A DNA stretch of 64,000 bases from Hypanus sabinus (taxonomy: Eukaryota), in contig NC_082730.1 of the NCBI RefSeq assembly GCF_030144855.1, positions 14,632,001 to 14,696,000 on the forward strand, given 5' to 3'. This document shows, piece by piece, positions 10,706 to 24,190 of the stretch. Every line of letters begins with the position of its first letter. Position 1 is the first letter of the stretch. The translations under genes and the position numbers were made by a program. A model generated the notes under the pieces. That model searched no databases. It saw only the letters and a list, made by a program, of their open reading frames with translations, and was not told where the DNA came from.

Positions 10706-13700
10706 TGTTCCCTGGAATCCAAGGAAACTCTAGGTTTGAGATCAGGGCCAATCTCCTGACTTCCTCCTCACTTAGAGAGAAGTTTATAAAATGCAGAAAG
10801 AAACCCCTCATGATGTCTGAAACTGTGCTCTCTGGTTCTGATGGAAATTTTATATTTTGTACCTGTCAAGTATTTCTATGTACAGTTAGAAGGTGATGTA
10901 ACAGTGTCGTTACCACTTTAGTATCTGGAAATCCAGCTGCGATTTCAATTTCTGTAAGGATACATTCAGTGCGTAAATCCAATTTATTAATTATTTCTGA
11001 ACTTAAAAACCACATATCGATAAAGATAATGATGAAATCCCAGACTGTCAATTTCCCATCTGAATTGGGAAGACCTTTATGGACAGAAATCTCTCCCAAA
11101 ATGTTCTTTACTAGCTGCCCCACTGAAATGGCCCAGGAAAGACACTGATTTTAAGACAATAACATTGATTGTTGTATTGATCCCTGCAGTGAGGTCAGAT
11201 TCCAGCAATGGTAGACCTGATGTTCCCTCTTAACGGACTTCAGGGGATTTTTCCAGCTGGACGTATTCTCCCCCCACCTGGCTCCACACCATTCCCTTTT
11301 TCTCATGATCTGTTTTCACCTCTCACTCATCTCCAAAATCCACCCCATTTTCTCCTCATTCCATTTGCCTGTCGTGCTTCACCTCACCACCCCTCAGTCC
11401 CCGATCACCTAGTGGATCCAATTTCACACCTCCCCCTCTCCTATTCACACTATCTCCCTTTCCACTCACACTTGATACAGGGTTTCAATCGAAATGTTGA
11501 CATTTCTCCTCCTCCCGTCTGTTTAACTGAATTATGTTAATTTTTCAATCTTAATTGCATTGTAAACACAAAAATTCTGCAGATACTAAATATCCAAAGC
11601 AACACAGAAATCTACTGGAGGAACACACTCAAAATGCTGGTGGAACACAGCAGGCCAAGCAGCAACTATGGTAATGAATAGATAGTCAAGATTTCAGGCC
11701 AACACCCTTTTGCAGGACTGAAAAGGAAGAGTGAAATTGTCTAAATCAAAAGATGGCAGAGGGGAAGGGGCCTATCTGGAAGGTGATAGGTGAAGCCAGG
11801 AGATTGGGAAAAGTCAAGGACTGTAAAGAAGGAATCTTATAGAACAGTAGAGTGGACCATAGAAGAAAGGAAAGGAGGAGGGTCGCAGGGGGGAGTGGCA
11901 GGCAGCTGAGAAGAGGTAAAAGAAGGGCCTCTGCCTGAAACCTCGACTATCTATTCGTTTCCATAGATTCTGCCTGACTTGCTGAGATGCTCCAGCATTT
12001 TATGTGTGTTGCTTTTTATTTCATTGTAGTGTGACGTTGAGGTGATCCATGAATGTAGCTGATTTATATTTTCCTGCATTTTTGTTGTTGACTTTGCAAT
12101 TGTTCATAAGAACTTAATTTCACATTGCGTATAAATAGTTAAATGATAAAATAATTCAAAGTGCACAGCGAGCTTTTGTTTCTTTGGGTTTATTACATTT
12201 GCTTTTGGGGAAAACAGTCCAGTATATTAGCTTTGAATGTTTACCTGCTTAAATTCTGTACATTGTACAGTATGAGTGCTGACTCTGTTACATCATCCAT
12301 TGATGTCATCTGTGTAATGTTCACCCTCAGTGAAGGATGTGGTCAGAACTTCTGTCTTCTTTATTTATCTTACTACAGGAAGTATAGAGAAGTAACAACA
12401 GATGCTACACATTGACAGATTGTTCCCGGTCTCTTCCTGCATTGCCTATCACTTCTTGAAAATTCTCAACTATGATTCAATAAGCTGATGAGAATAAGTG
12501 CAGAGATACAAAAGCATTTTTGTTTCAGCAGCTAGATCAATGACAACTGTAACAATTTGGTGAAGAAAAGTGAAAAGGCCATTTAACCATTGTGTTTAAA
12601 CCTAATCCCAATCCTGTGCACACCTCTAAATAGAACAATGAGATTGTAAAATGCTTTCCATTCGGTTGTTGGGAAGTTATCCAAGAACTGCAGCTCTATA
12701 AGATATTGGTCAGACTGCACTTGGAATATGGTGAACAGTTTTGAATCCCTTATCTATGAAAGGAAGTGCTGCATTTGGAGAGGGCCCAGAGGAGTTTCCT
12801 GAGAATGATCTCAGAAATGGAAAGGTTAATGCATGAAGAATGCTTGATGGCTCTGGGCCTGTACTCACTGGAGTTTAGAAGAACGTTGGTGGGAGCCGGG
12901 GTGCAATTCTCATTGAATTCCTCTTGAATAGTGAAGGGCCTAGAACCTAGATGGAGCATTTGTGGAGAGAATGTTTCCTATGGTAGGCAAGTCCCTGACC
13001 AGATGGTGCTAATTCCATGGAATTCATTGTCACAGATGGCTGTGGAGGCCAAGTTATAGGATATATTTGAAAAAGAGTTTGATTGTTTTGTGATTAGTAA
13101 AGGTGTCAATGGCTATGGGGAGAATGAGGTTGCGTGGAAAAGTTTCGTCATTGTAGAATGATGAAACAGACTCAATGGGCTGAATGGCCTAATTCTGCCC
13201 TATGATTCATTGCTTTATGGTTTGAATTACTTAGGCAATGAAGGAAGGGATAGAACAGTTTGCTTACGTAAGGCATCCGTTTATTCTGTTTTGTCTGACA
13301 AGTAAAGAGCACTGAAGTTCTAACCACATCCTTTGAGAATTGCTTTGGGACAGGGAAAAGTTCTCTTTCAGCATCAGAATCAGGGTTCATTTCACTGTCT
13401 TCTGATGTGAAATTTGTTGTTTTGCAACAGAAAAATGGAAGCAAGTTCCTTCCCTCAGACCATTACAAGCTGAGGTTTAACAGGTCCAGGTTCACAAGTG
13501 GGACCACTGCATCTGGAATTATCTGCAGCTAATCAGCACCCATCAGATTACCCTGAGCTGAAGAGGTCAAGAGCTCCAAAAAGACTCTGATGTTACTGCT
13601 TCACATCCTCACAGGGTATAATGTGATATTCCTCCTTGAATATCAAGGATATTCAAACTTCAAAGTTTAAGTTAAACTTAATATCAAAATGCATATATGT

Positions 13701-14760
13701 CACAATATACTACCCTGATTATAATTGCAAAACTATACTTCACCTCTCATTTTCAAGACCTTTTATTGTATATTCATGGGTTACAGTTACAAAACAGTAC
13801 TGAAAAAAGCCACACCTTCTATTTGCAGATTCACGCCCTGATGACCGATGCAAGTTGCAACAATTTGCAGCTCACTCATTTTATTCAGCACCAACTTTTA
13901 TTTCCATTGCTCATTCTCCTTTAAGACTTCTGTACGGCGACTGGAAATTTTCATGTTTCTGTAATTCTAAAAGTTGAGAGGAAGAAAACTAATTCTTTTA
14001 TTTGTAAGGACTTAGAACATAGAATAGTACAACACAGTACAGGCTCTTTGGCCCATGATGTTGTGCTAATCTATAGTCCATGATCAATCTAACCCTTCCC
14101 TCCTACGTAGCATAAAATCGTCTATTTCCATACCTAAATGTATGTGCCTATCTAAGATCCTCCAAATGTCCCTATTGTATTAACCTCTACCACCATGCCT
14201 GCTGTTCATTCCAGGGACCTATCAGTCACTGTGTAAAAAAAAATCTGCCTCTTGTATCTTCCCTAAGCTTTCTTCCACTTACCTTAAATGGATGTCCTCT
14301 GGTATTGGTCATTGTCACTATGGGAAAGTGATGCTGGGTCTCCATTCAATCTATGCTCATACTCCACAGTTCTCCAAGTGTGATCGAGCCAGAGTTTTAT
14401 AGAGTTGCAACATTGCCTTGCTGCTCTTGAAATCAGATCCCCTCAACTAGTGAATTCTAGCCCATAATACACCTTCTTTAACACCCTTTCAAGATGTGCA
14501 GCAACTTCGAGGAATCTACAGGCTTGGACCCCAATATCCCTCTGTTCCTCCACATTTTTAAGAATGCTACCATTAACCATGTAATATGCCTTCAAATTCT
14601 ATCACACAAAGTGTGCCACTTCACATTTTTCAGTATTAAACTCCATCTACCACTTCTGCACCCAGCACTGCATCCTGCCTGACTCCCCTTGTAACTTACA
14701 ACAACCCTGTATACCATCCAAAACACTAACAATATTCATGTCATGTGTAAACATATGTAT

Positions 14761-14970
14761 ATATAAGGGATGATTGATAACTTTGTGGCCTAAGGTAGAA
14801 AGAGTCAATTCTAGAAAACCTAGCACATTTATTTTTCAACATACTCCCCTCCTACATTTACACACTTAGTCCAGTGGTCGTGAAGCATATGGATCTTGGA
14901 CCTCCAGAAAGTGTCTACAGCTGGGGTGATTGATAAGTTTGTGGCCTAAGGTAGAAGGAGATGAGTTATT
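14761..14970 (+). mobile_element. Mariner-like terminal-repeat element, truncated by L1
   Basis: Two direct copies of gggtgattgataagtttgtggcctaaggtagaaggag; same family at 51330-52030. Confidence 0.6.
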
Positions 14971-15960
14971 TATGAGTTAAGAATGATTGGGAAAGGGAAC
15001 TTAAGTTTACTATTCCTATGGAGAAATGGGATAAAATTCTTCAACTAGTTAATTCATCCTCTATGTGTTCTAAACATTCATTGATACAGTTTAATGTTGT
15101 GCACAGCACTCATATGTCCAAAGATAAATTAGCTTGTTTTTATTCCCATATAAATCCTAGATGTGACAGATGTCGTTCTGAGACAGCCTCTCTAACTCAT
15201 ATGTTTTGGTCATGTCTGTCTTTGGAAAAATATTGGGAAGACATTTTTGATATTATTTCCACAGTATTGAGTATTGATTTACAATCTCATCCTATTACTG
15301 TAATTTTTGGTTTATCAATGATGGAGTCAATTTATTTATCTCCTTCTGCTTGTCAGTTGATTGCATTTCTTATGTTAATGGCTATAAGATCAATTTTGTT
15401 GAATTGAAAAGAGATTATTCCCCCTACTACATTTCATTGGTTTTCTCAAACAATGTTATGCTTAAATTTGGAAAAAAAATAGAAGCGTCATATATGAGCC
15501 TTCTGTTAAATTTGAAAAGACTTGGAGGCCATTTATTCAATATTTCCACATGATGTAATTTGACCCTTTTCCAAACCTATTTTTTTTCTGTTTCTGATTA
15601 TGTATATGTAGAGAGGATCGATGACACTGATGAGTCTTTGTCTTTTCTTAGATATTATAAACAGCCCATGTTTTTTTTTTCTTTTCCTTTTTTTTAGTTA
15701 GTGGTTAGTTTGTTAGATTAGTTGTTTTCTGGGGTAATTTTTTTTTCTTTTTCTGTTTTTTTTTTCATTTTGATATACCTAGTTTGCTTTCTTTTGTCTT
15801 GTTCATATTATATTCGTATCATGGATGATTTTGGGAGACTTAACTTTATTGTACTTATTGTTTATGTATCCCTTTATATTCATTTTAATTTTGTAATCCC
15901 AATAATTATGTATCAATTTTTGTTACCTCAAGATGGTGATATTAATAAAAAGATTGAAAA
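14971..15960 (+). mobile_element. 5'-truncated L1-clade LINE (ORF2 C-terminus plus 3'UTR), antisense to the receptor genes
   Basis: ORF 15018-15407 with CDRC..LTHMFWSC zinc-knuckle motif, T-rich 3'UTR, and AATAAA followed by the A-rich tail aataaaaagattgaaaaagaagaa. Confidence 0.85.
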
Positions 15961-15980
15961 AGAAGAATCAAAATCCGCAT
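15961..15980 (-). pseudogene. 5' half of a leader exon (MRILILL) of G1, cut by the L1 3' end
   Basis: + strand agaagaatcaaaatccgcat aligns with agaagaatcggaatccacat of the G0 leader. Upstream 15981-16090 aligns with the G0 promoter (acagagacc, aagaact, gcaggaa, tgaaaccacag). The donor half is not found at the other L1 end. Confidence 0.75.
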
Positions 15981-18900
15981 TGCTTTATTCACAGAGACCC
16001 GGTCAGCAATTGTCTGTTTACAGAGTGAAATTACTATATAAAGAACTGAAAAAGGGGGCAGGAAATCTGATCATGAAACCACAGCAAGCCAACTTAGGCT
16101 GATATGTGATCTTATGAAAAGCAACACACACAAAATTCTGGAGGAGCTCAGCAGGTCAGGCAACACCTATGTAGACGAACATACAGTCAACGTTTCGGAC
16201 TGAGACCTTTTATTAGGACTGAAAAGGAAAGGGGAAGGCACCAGTTTGAAAAGGTAGTGTAAGGGGATGCAGGCTAGCTGGAAAATGATAGGTAAAGCTA
16301 AGGGTGTGGGTAAGGTAAAGGGCTGAAAAGGGAGGAATCTCATAGGAGAGGAAAGTGCACCATTAGGAAAAAGGGAACGAGAAGGGGAACCAAGCAGGAG
16401 TGATAGAAAGGTGAGATGAGGTAAAAGACCAGAATATCAAAAGTTTTAAATTATATTTAACAAAATAAAAGATAATTCCCAATGACTGATAGAAATGATG
16501 AGAAAACTCGAATTGTGAGACACCAGCAACAGCAGATGTTATGATCTGGCACAAAAATAAATTGCTGGAGGTGTCATGAATCAGGGGCTTAATCTAAAAT
16601 TTTGACCACTCTACATCTGCAGATGCTGTCTGACTCGTTAAGTTCCTGCAGAAGCTTTTTTCTTGTCTGAGTTGTAATGTCAGCTGTGATGAATCATCGA
16701 GGAAAGGGTTTGCAGCAAAAAGTTAACTGAGCAAGTGAAAAGACGTGATCAAAAGGTTCAGTTGTTGCTCTGAATGGACATCAGAATTGGCAACAAATGT
16801 AATGTAAATGACTTTGACTGTAGAATGATTTTAGGTGCCAGATAGGGTAGTTCGAGTATCTCAGAAACAGGTGATCTCCTGGGATTAGCACACCCTACAG
16901 TTTCTAAAGTTACAGAGAATGGTGCAAAAAAAAAACAAATTTAAAAAACATCTTGTGAGTGGCGGCTCTGTGGGTGAAAATGCCTTGTTATCAAGAGAGG
17001 TCAGAGGAGAATGGTCAGACTGGTTCAAGTTGACAGGGAGGAGAGAGTATCTCAAATTACCATGTGATACGACAGTGGTGTGCAGAAGAACATCTCTGAA
17101 TGCACAGTACATTGAAGATTGCAACATTTGAATACCACGGACATACAGTCAGTGGCCACTTTATCAAGTACTCATGTTGAGGGCATTTTGAGTGTTATTT
17201 TGGATTTGAGTGCAATAGCTCCCCCTCCCCACATATGTTTTCAACAGTGCAGCGGATTTAAATTAAACCCACAGGAGTAGCAGTTGTTGGAGAACTTGTT
17301 CACCGAGACAGAGGGCTGTATCAGAGTGTCTCCGAGCCTAAAACATTGAACAATTATGTTAATAATGATAAATTAATTAAAATGTTGAAGTTTAGAGGAT
17401 AAGTCAATACACATTTAAAGCAATTTAAGCTTTCATGTCGAAATCAAATAAATAGCTCCAGTTACCTCCCCCATGTGGCCGGTTTCTCCTGCTGAACTCT
17501 CTATCCTTGTACTGGTCATGGATTCCCATCAAAAATGGGGTGGCCTTTGATCTTCAGGAGTCCATATGAGTAGTCACATGATAAATGTTAATTCTGCTTC
17601 TGCACAGATACCTAAAATGTGTATTATGAACGTCTGTAATGTTCTTCACTTGTTGCAAACTAGAGTCATGGAGTCAGAGAGTGACAGTACGGAAACTCTC
17701 CATTTGGACAAATCATAAATGCCGGCCTCCTGCCTTCATCTTGCATTGGATGGAGTAGTTAACAAAATGTATATCATGCTTGCTTATGGTTAGTCAATAA
17801 AACATGAAACAGTAAAGAACAGCAACATGTCTGCTCTAACTGTGATGCCAAATAAACTTATCAAATCTGCCTGTATATGTCCCATATCACTCCATCCCTT
17901 GCATGTTCATGTGCCTGGCCAATAACCTCTTAAATGTTATTGTCACATCTGCTCCTACAGTCTAATCTAGCAGGGCATTCCAGGCATCTACAACTCAAAA
18001 ATTCTTCCTGGTAAACTTCTTTAGATTTCACCTCTGTCACCTCTCATATTCAAAAACAGAATCAGGTTTATTGTCACCAGAATGTGTTGTGAAATTTGTT
18101 AACTTAGCAGCAGCAGTTCAATGCAATACATAATTTAGAAGAGAGAAAAATAATAAGTAAGTAAATCAATTACAGTATATGTATATTGAATAGATTAAAA
18201 ATTGTGCAAAAACAGAAATAATATATCTTAAAAAAGTGAGGTAGTGTATATGGGTTCAATGTCTATTTAGGAATCGGATGACAGAGGGGATGAAGCTGTT
18301 TCTGAATAGCTGAGTGTGTGCCCTCAGGCTTCTGTACCTCCTACCTGATGGTAACAGTGAGAAAAGGGCACGCCCTGGGTGCTGGAGGTTCTTAATAATG
18401 GATGCTGCCTTTCTAAGAAACCACGATGTTTTGGGTACTTTGTAAGCTAGTACCTAAGACCCAACCAACTACATTTATGACCCTCTGCAGCTTCTTTTGG
18501 ACCTGTGCAGTAGCCCAACCCTCCCCCTGCCCACCAACCAAGAGGCTTCAGTGTGCAAAGAAGGTCTAGCAGGAGGTGATGGTCTTAGTGCTTTCCTTGT
18601 GATCGCAAGAACTTGCTGGACATTGTTAATTTGGAATGCTGCATCTCTGATCCACTGATTTATTGATGGAGGGCAGGGGAGTTGTGTGGTATTGGCCGCA
18701 CCCCACAGTGTTGCATGTTTCCAGCCCGCCAGGAGAGAGACACCAGAGTCAGCGTGCTCGACAGCAACGGTGTGGTGCAGAGTTCAAGCTGCACTTGATG
18801 CTGCCCTCTAGTGTTCATTCGGCCCAAGACAAGCCATATTGTATTAAACTGCAGATTTCTGCAACATTCATGGACTCATGATCTTGGATTATATTTTTTT

Positions 18901-19019
18901 TGTTAGGCGGTATTTTACTGATATGTGCTTGCAATTTTATATGTATTAGTTGTGTGGCTGTTTGCACCTTGATCCCAGAGTAACACTGTTTCATTTGGCT
19001 GAAATTATGAGTATTCATG

Positions 19020-19645
19020 TGTACAATGTCCTGTGTATGTTACTCAAAATGGTTGTTTTTGGGTTTGGTAAGAGTAGGAATGCTTCTTTGTCTGATAAGT
19101 GTTTCTCTCGCAGTTGTTTTGCTTTATACTTGCTGATATGGTAATTGTATTCATTTGTTAACCAATGGGGAATGTTATTTTGTCTTGTGAGGCTGGGAAC
19201 TTGGGGGAGGGGTTTTTCGCGGGCTTTTGGTGGAGAGTCGGGAGGAAGATGTCGAGGAAGGTGGATGTGCGCTGCACTGCTCGGAAGACCACCGGGAGGT
19301 GGTCCTAGGTGCGAAGACGTGGAGGTCGGAGGCAAGCGACGAGGGGTCGAATGGTTCGATGCTTGAGCTCCAACGATGTGCACTAAACTGACCGAACTTT
19401 GATAAGTTGGCGCCTTTTTGTTTTTTTCCCTTGCATATATATTGTATTGCCCAATACTCTTTTAATTTTAGTAAACTCTTTAAAGTGTATTTCATAACGG
19501 TATTTGTTGTGGGTTTGATACTGTTGGCGGGCGCAAGGCATAAACTCAATTCTCACAGCACCTGCGTGTATGGACGGTGGGATTGGTGTGTGGCTGGATC
19601 TCCTTTTCCCCTAGACGTATACCAGCCTGTTGGGCAAGTGTTACA
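19020..19645. mobile_element. Solo LTR with 4-bp target-site duplication CATG
   Basis: TGTACAA..TGTTACA termini; catg at 19016-19019 and 19646-19649 interrupts a common repeat tail. Confidence 0.75.
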
Positions 19646-20521
19646 CATGTGTGGTTGAATAACAATTAAACTTGAACTATGAACTATGAATATATGCCTA
19701 TCTGAAATGAAATCTGCGGATAATAGATGGACCCGGAATGTGGGACAGCTTCGGAAGAGATAAAAGGAAAGCTAATATTTTACCATAAATCTGTTCTGAT
19801 GTAATGTCAGAATGAGTAATTAACTGTTTTTCTTTCCTGAAGATTCACAACTATTGACAGCAAAAGGATGTCCAGGAGCCTGGATGTAATCTATTTCCCA
19901 TGAATGCAGTTCAGTTCAAAACAAGACACCTTATTGATAATATCAGTTTATGAAGAAGCATTTTTTAATTGATTATTATTCATTGGTTATTAGAATAAAC
20001 AACATCTGCAGGCATTTGAATCCATAAAACAGTGTATAAGGGTATTAATCAGTTCACAGATATGTAAGGGTTAAAATATTTGCTGAATTGGGAAAACTGC
20101 CAGTATATTGATATCAATGAGAGTAACATGTTGCAGAAGGAATTTCAAAAAGTCAAAGTCACTGCCATGAAGGATAACAGTGGGCAGGAGAATGAAAGTT
20201 TGATCTTGATGCAAAGTTGCAGCACAGTCAGTGTAATCTTGGAGACTTCACTTTACCTCCTGGACCACCAAGCTGTGAGGATCAGATTAATTACGTCTCT
20301 GCAAAAGGCAATGGTCAACCCATCAGATTCTTGGACAATGGGATCTCTGCTTTAGTCCACACAGTCACTCACAATGGAATTTTGTCTGATAGAAGCATTC
20401 CATACATTCACATCAAGCATTCTGCACACAAGAAAGCACGTCAAAGCTGAGTTGTATCATCTGCATATAGCTTGGTTTGACCATAGGATAAGAAAGATTT
20501 CATGTATTTAAATGTTTTTCT

Positions 20522-20663
20522 TCAAATGAACAGTATATTTGAAAGTGACTTCTCTGATGTCCATAAGCCTTTCTTGGATTCTCTTGTAAACCACGAGACT
20601 GAACTCGTGCTAATCATCAGGAGAGCAAAGAGCAGCTGACGACCCAACTCCCATATCATGAAA
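20522..20663 (-). CDS. Transmembrane/terminal exon, probably of G2: FMIWELGRQLLFALLMISTSSVSWFTRESKKGLWTSEKSLSNILFI*
   Basis: Polypyrimidine acceptor ctctttccctttgctcag|T (phase 2), hydrophobic span with Arg, basic stop-transfer residues and TGA at 20522-20524. Clear paralogue of 55625-55781. Confidence 0.8.
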
Positions 20664-20811
20664 CTGAGCAAAGGGAAAGAGATATAGAATCAGTGCAAGG
20701 AAATGAGGTGGCTTCGCCTTTGAAACATCTGCCTTCTGTTTCAACTGTAATCTCAGTGGAGGGGAATGATGTAAACCAGCTGAGCTGGCGGGTTCAAACA
20801 GGAGAACAGGA

Positions 20812-21034
20812 NNNNNNNNNNNNNNNNNNNNNNNNNNNNNNNNNNNNNNNNNNNNNNNNNNNNNNNNNNNNNNNNNNNNNNNNNNNNNNNNNNNNNNNNN
20901 NNNNNNNNNNNNNNNNNNNNNNNNNNNNNNNNNNNNNNNNNNNNNNNNNNNNNNNNNNNNNNNNNNNNNNNNNNNNNNNNNNNNNNNNNNNNNNNNNNNN
21001 NNNNNNNNNNNNNNNNNNNNNNNNNNNNNNNNNN
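20812..21034. other. Assembly gap (223 N)
   Basis: Run of N. Confidence 0.99.
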
Positions 21035-21624
21035 TACAACTACTGGGACATGACGGCAGATAAATGAGGACTGTGAATCAGAAATTGCAAAGTGAAAATA
21101 AATTCTGGAAAGGAAGAGAAGGAAATACTGAAATGCAGAGGTGTGATGATGATAGAGAAAAAAATTGAAGGAAGTGGACACTGCTGTAAGGAAGGCAGTG
21201 AAAGAGTCAACGTGGATAGAGGTGAAAGATAATAAATGATGCATGAATGATGGTGAAAAGGAGAAGAGACATGAAATATGCAAATTAGTATGATTAATAT
21301 AGGGTGGCAGAGTGGAGATATGTCTATATCAAACAAGGTGTAAGGCGCTCCTTCCCTCTGCTTGCCTACAGGTCACATTTGGACAAAGTGTAACAGCTGC
21401 TTAGCCTTCAGATGACGGTCACATGAAGTCATGGAAGCAGGTGGGTAAATAGAAATTTGAACGGCTGTTGCAGCTGTGAATAAAGCAGAGTTCCCATTGT
21501 CGAAGAATCTGATGTGTTGACCATTTTCTTTTGCAGAGACATGATGAATCTGATCCTCACAGCCTGGTTGTCCAGGAGGTAAAGTGAAGACTTCCTGATT
21601 GTACTGACTATATTAGCATTTTAC

Positions 21625-23300
21625 ATAAAAAAAATGAAATCAAATCGTTAGAAAGAGGTGACATTGGGACAGATGGTGTTAAATCATTGTGGATAGAGTT
21701 AAGGAACTGCAAGGGTAAAAAGATCCTGATGGGGGTTGTATACACACCCTCAAACAGTAGTAAAGATGTTGCCTGCAAATTACAATGGGAAATAGCAATA
21801 CCAAAAGGGCAATGTTACAATAGTCATGGGGGACTTCAATATGCAGATAATTGGGAAAATCAGGCTGGTGCTGGATTTCAGGAGGGGGTAATTTTTAGAG
21901 TGCCTACAAGATGGCTTTTTCGAGCAGCTTGTGGCTGAGCCCACTAGAGGATCAGCTATTCTGGATTGGGATTTGTACAATGTCAAAGCCAACATAAAGG
22001 CAAAAGAAAGGCCACATAATAGTGCAAAGATTAGTGGGAAGGTAGAAGATCGGGAAGGTTTTAAAAACCAGCAGAAGGCAACTAAAGAAGTCATTCAGAA
22101 GGTAAAGATAAAATATTGTAAGTAAGCTAGCCAATAACATTAGAGAGGATACCAACAATTTCTTCAGATATATGAAGTGTAAAATAGAGGGAAGAGTGTA
22201 TATTGGACCACTAGAAAACAATACTAGAGAGGTAGTAATGGAGAAACACAAAATAACAAATGAACAGAATAAGTATTTTGCATCAGTCTTTACTATGGAA
22301 GACACTAGCAGTATAACGGAAATTCCAGGTATCAGGGGGCATGAAGTGTGTGAAGTTACCATAATTAGAGAGAAAGCTCTTGGGAAACTAAAAGGTCAGA
22401 AGGTAGATAAATCATGTAGACCAGTTGGTGCACACTTTAGTGCTCTTAAACAGGTGGCTGAAGAGATTGTGAAGGCATTAGTAATGATCTTTCAAGAACC
22501 ACTCGATTCTGGAATGGTTCTGAAAGACTGGAAAACTGCAAACGTCTCTTCACTCTTCAAGAAGTGAGAGAGGCAGGAAAAAGGAAACTATTGGCCAATT
22601 AGTCTGACTACAATGGTTGGGAAGATGTTGGAGTCAATTACTAATGCTGAGATCTCAGAGTATTAGGAGGCACATGATAAAATAGTCCACAGTGAGCTAT
22701 AGTCTGTAATGATTCCTCAGGGGAAAATCTTGCCTGACAAATATGTTGGAATTTGTCAATCATTGTTCTAAACTCCAGTGAGTACAGGCTCAGAGATTTC
22801 AATCGCTCCTCATACATTAGGGAAATTTGACATCATCTAGAGTTTAATAGCTAGATCCCCTTAGAATTGATATACAGAGATTTCTTGGGGGGAAAACTCC
22901 ATTGCTCCCTGAAAGTGGCAACACAAGTGGATATAATGGTAATGAAAGCATTCAGCACATTTGCCTTCTTCATTCTACATGTTGGAGACTAAAGCTGACA
23001 AGGCATCTTGTAGCTTCATAAAACTTTAGTTAGGGCACATTTGGAACATAATGTACACTTCTGTTTGCAACTATATAGAAAGGATGGAGAGGTTCTGAAG
23101 AAGGTAAAGACCTTCACCAGAATGTCACCTGGACTGGAGTTTATTAGCTCTGGGGAGAAGTTGGACAAACTTGGATTGTTTATGCTGGAATGCAGGAGGC
23201 TGAGGATAGAACTGATAGAAGTTTATAAAGTTACAGAATCATAGATCAGGAAGATAATCAGGATCTATTTTCCAGGGTAAAAATATCAAATGATAGTGAG
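21625..23300 (+). mobile_element. Degenerate CR1 LINE fragments
   Basis: ORFs 21687-21938 (WIELRNCKGKK), 22172-22567 (YFASVFTMED..DWKTANV) and 23041-23244 are CR1 ORF2 pieces. Confidence 0.85.
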
Positions 23301-24190
23301 GATAGTTTTAAGTGATAAGGGGAAAGTTTAAGGGAAGTTTGTTCACCGTTAAGCTACAACCTCTGGTTGTACTCCCACCCAACCTCAGTGGAAAAAGCTT
23401 GCTTCCATTTGTCCTATCTGTACCCCTCATAATTTCATGTACCTCTATCAAAACTCCTTTTGTTCTTCTTCGTTCAAAGGAAGAAGTTGGTGCCGGGCAG
23501 CTATTCAATCTTTCATTATATCTAAGGTCCTTCAGATCCAGCAACATCCTTGTAAGTTTTCTCTTCCCTCTTTCAGCCTTCTTTACATCTCTCCTGAAGG
23601 CAGGTGACCAAAGCAGCACACAATAATCCAAATTGGGCCTCACTATCTTCTTATCCAACTTCAACATAACATCCTAACTCTTGCACTTGTTACATACCCC
23701 TGGGTAACTTGTGACTGTCTTATGACCATGATGTAATTGAGTATCTGGTGAGCATGATGTAATGGTCTTGTGATGATGGGGTGATGTAATTTCCTGCCAG
23801 TGTGAGGTCACATGATGTAATTTTCCTGCCAGTGTGAGGTCATGTGATGATATGTTCTCAACAGGTACGAAACTGGAAAGCCTGCTGTGACACAAGAGTT
23901 TTCAGTTGAGACGTCATTCAATTTGTCGGTTACTCCGTTATGCTGCGTATTTGGTCTTACGTCACAGTTTTGTTTTAAAATGCACTTTTACTTTCTACTG
24001 TAAAAGTCATTGTGCCAGCAGTTTTTAAAACCACTGCCAGTTATGTTTGATGTATCTTTGATTTAATTTTAAAGTTTAAGTATTAGAGAGTGAAGATTTT
24101 ACTGAACTACGGGAACCTGAAGGATCGAGTAAAGTTGGCGTCGTTGGTGGTTTCATACAGGATGGACCTTATTGGATCTTCATTCAGGAA

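Noticed and set aside
12161-12415. + strand ORF pair (12161-12415 and 47624-47806) sharing YREVTTDATH as a gene
   Set aside because: Similarity is explained by the duplication; starts differ and there is no domain or splice support.
15722-16102. Hydrophobic 126-aa + strand ORF as a membrane protein
   Set aside because: Derived from the T-rich L1 3'UTR.
20753-21336. Long minus-strand hydrophobic ORFs spanning or next to the gap
   Set aside because: Pyrimidine-rich intron plus Ns; the paralogous region at 55920-56500 does not keep the frames.
23720-23850. Short repeated units (catgatgtaat..) as a CRISPR-like or regulatory array
   Set aside because: Internal tandem repeats of the LTR U3 region, present in all three LTR copies.
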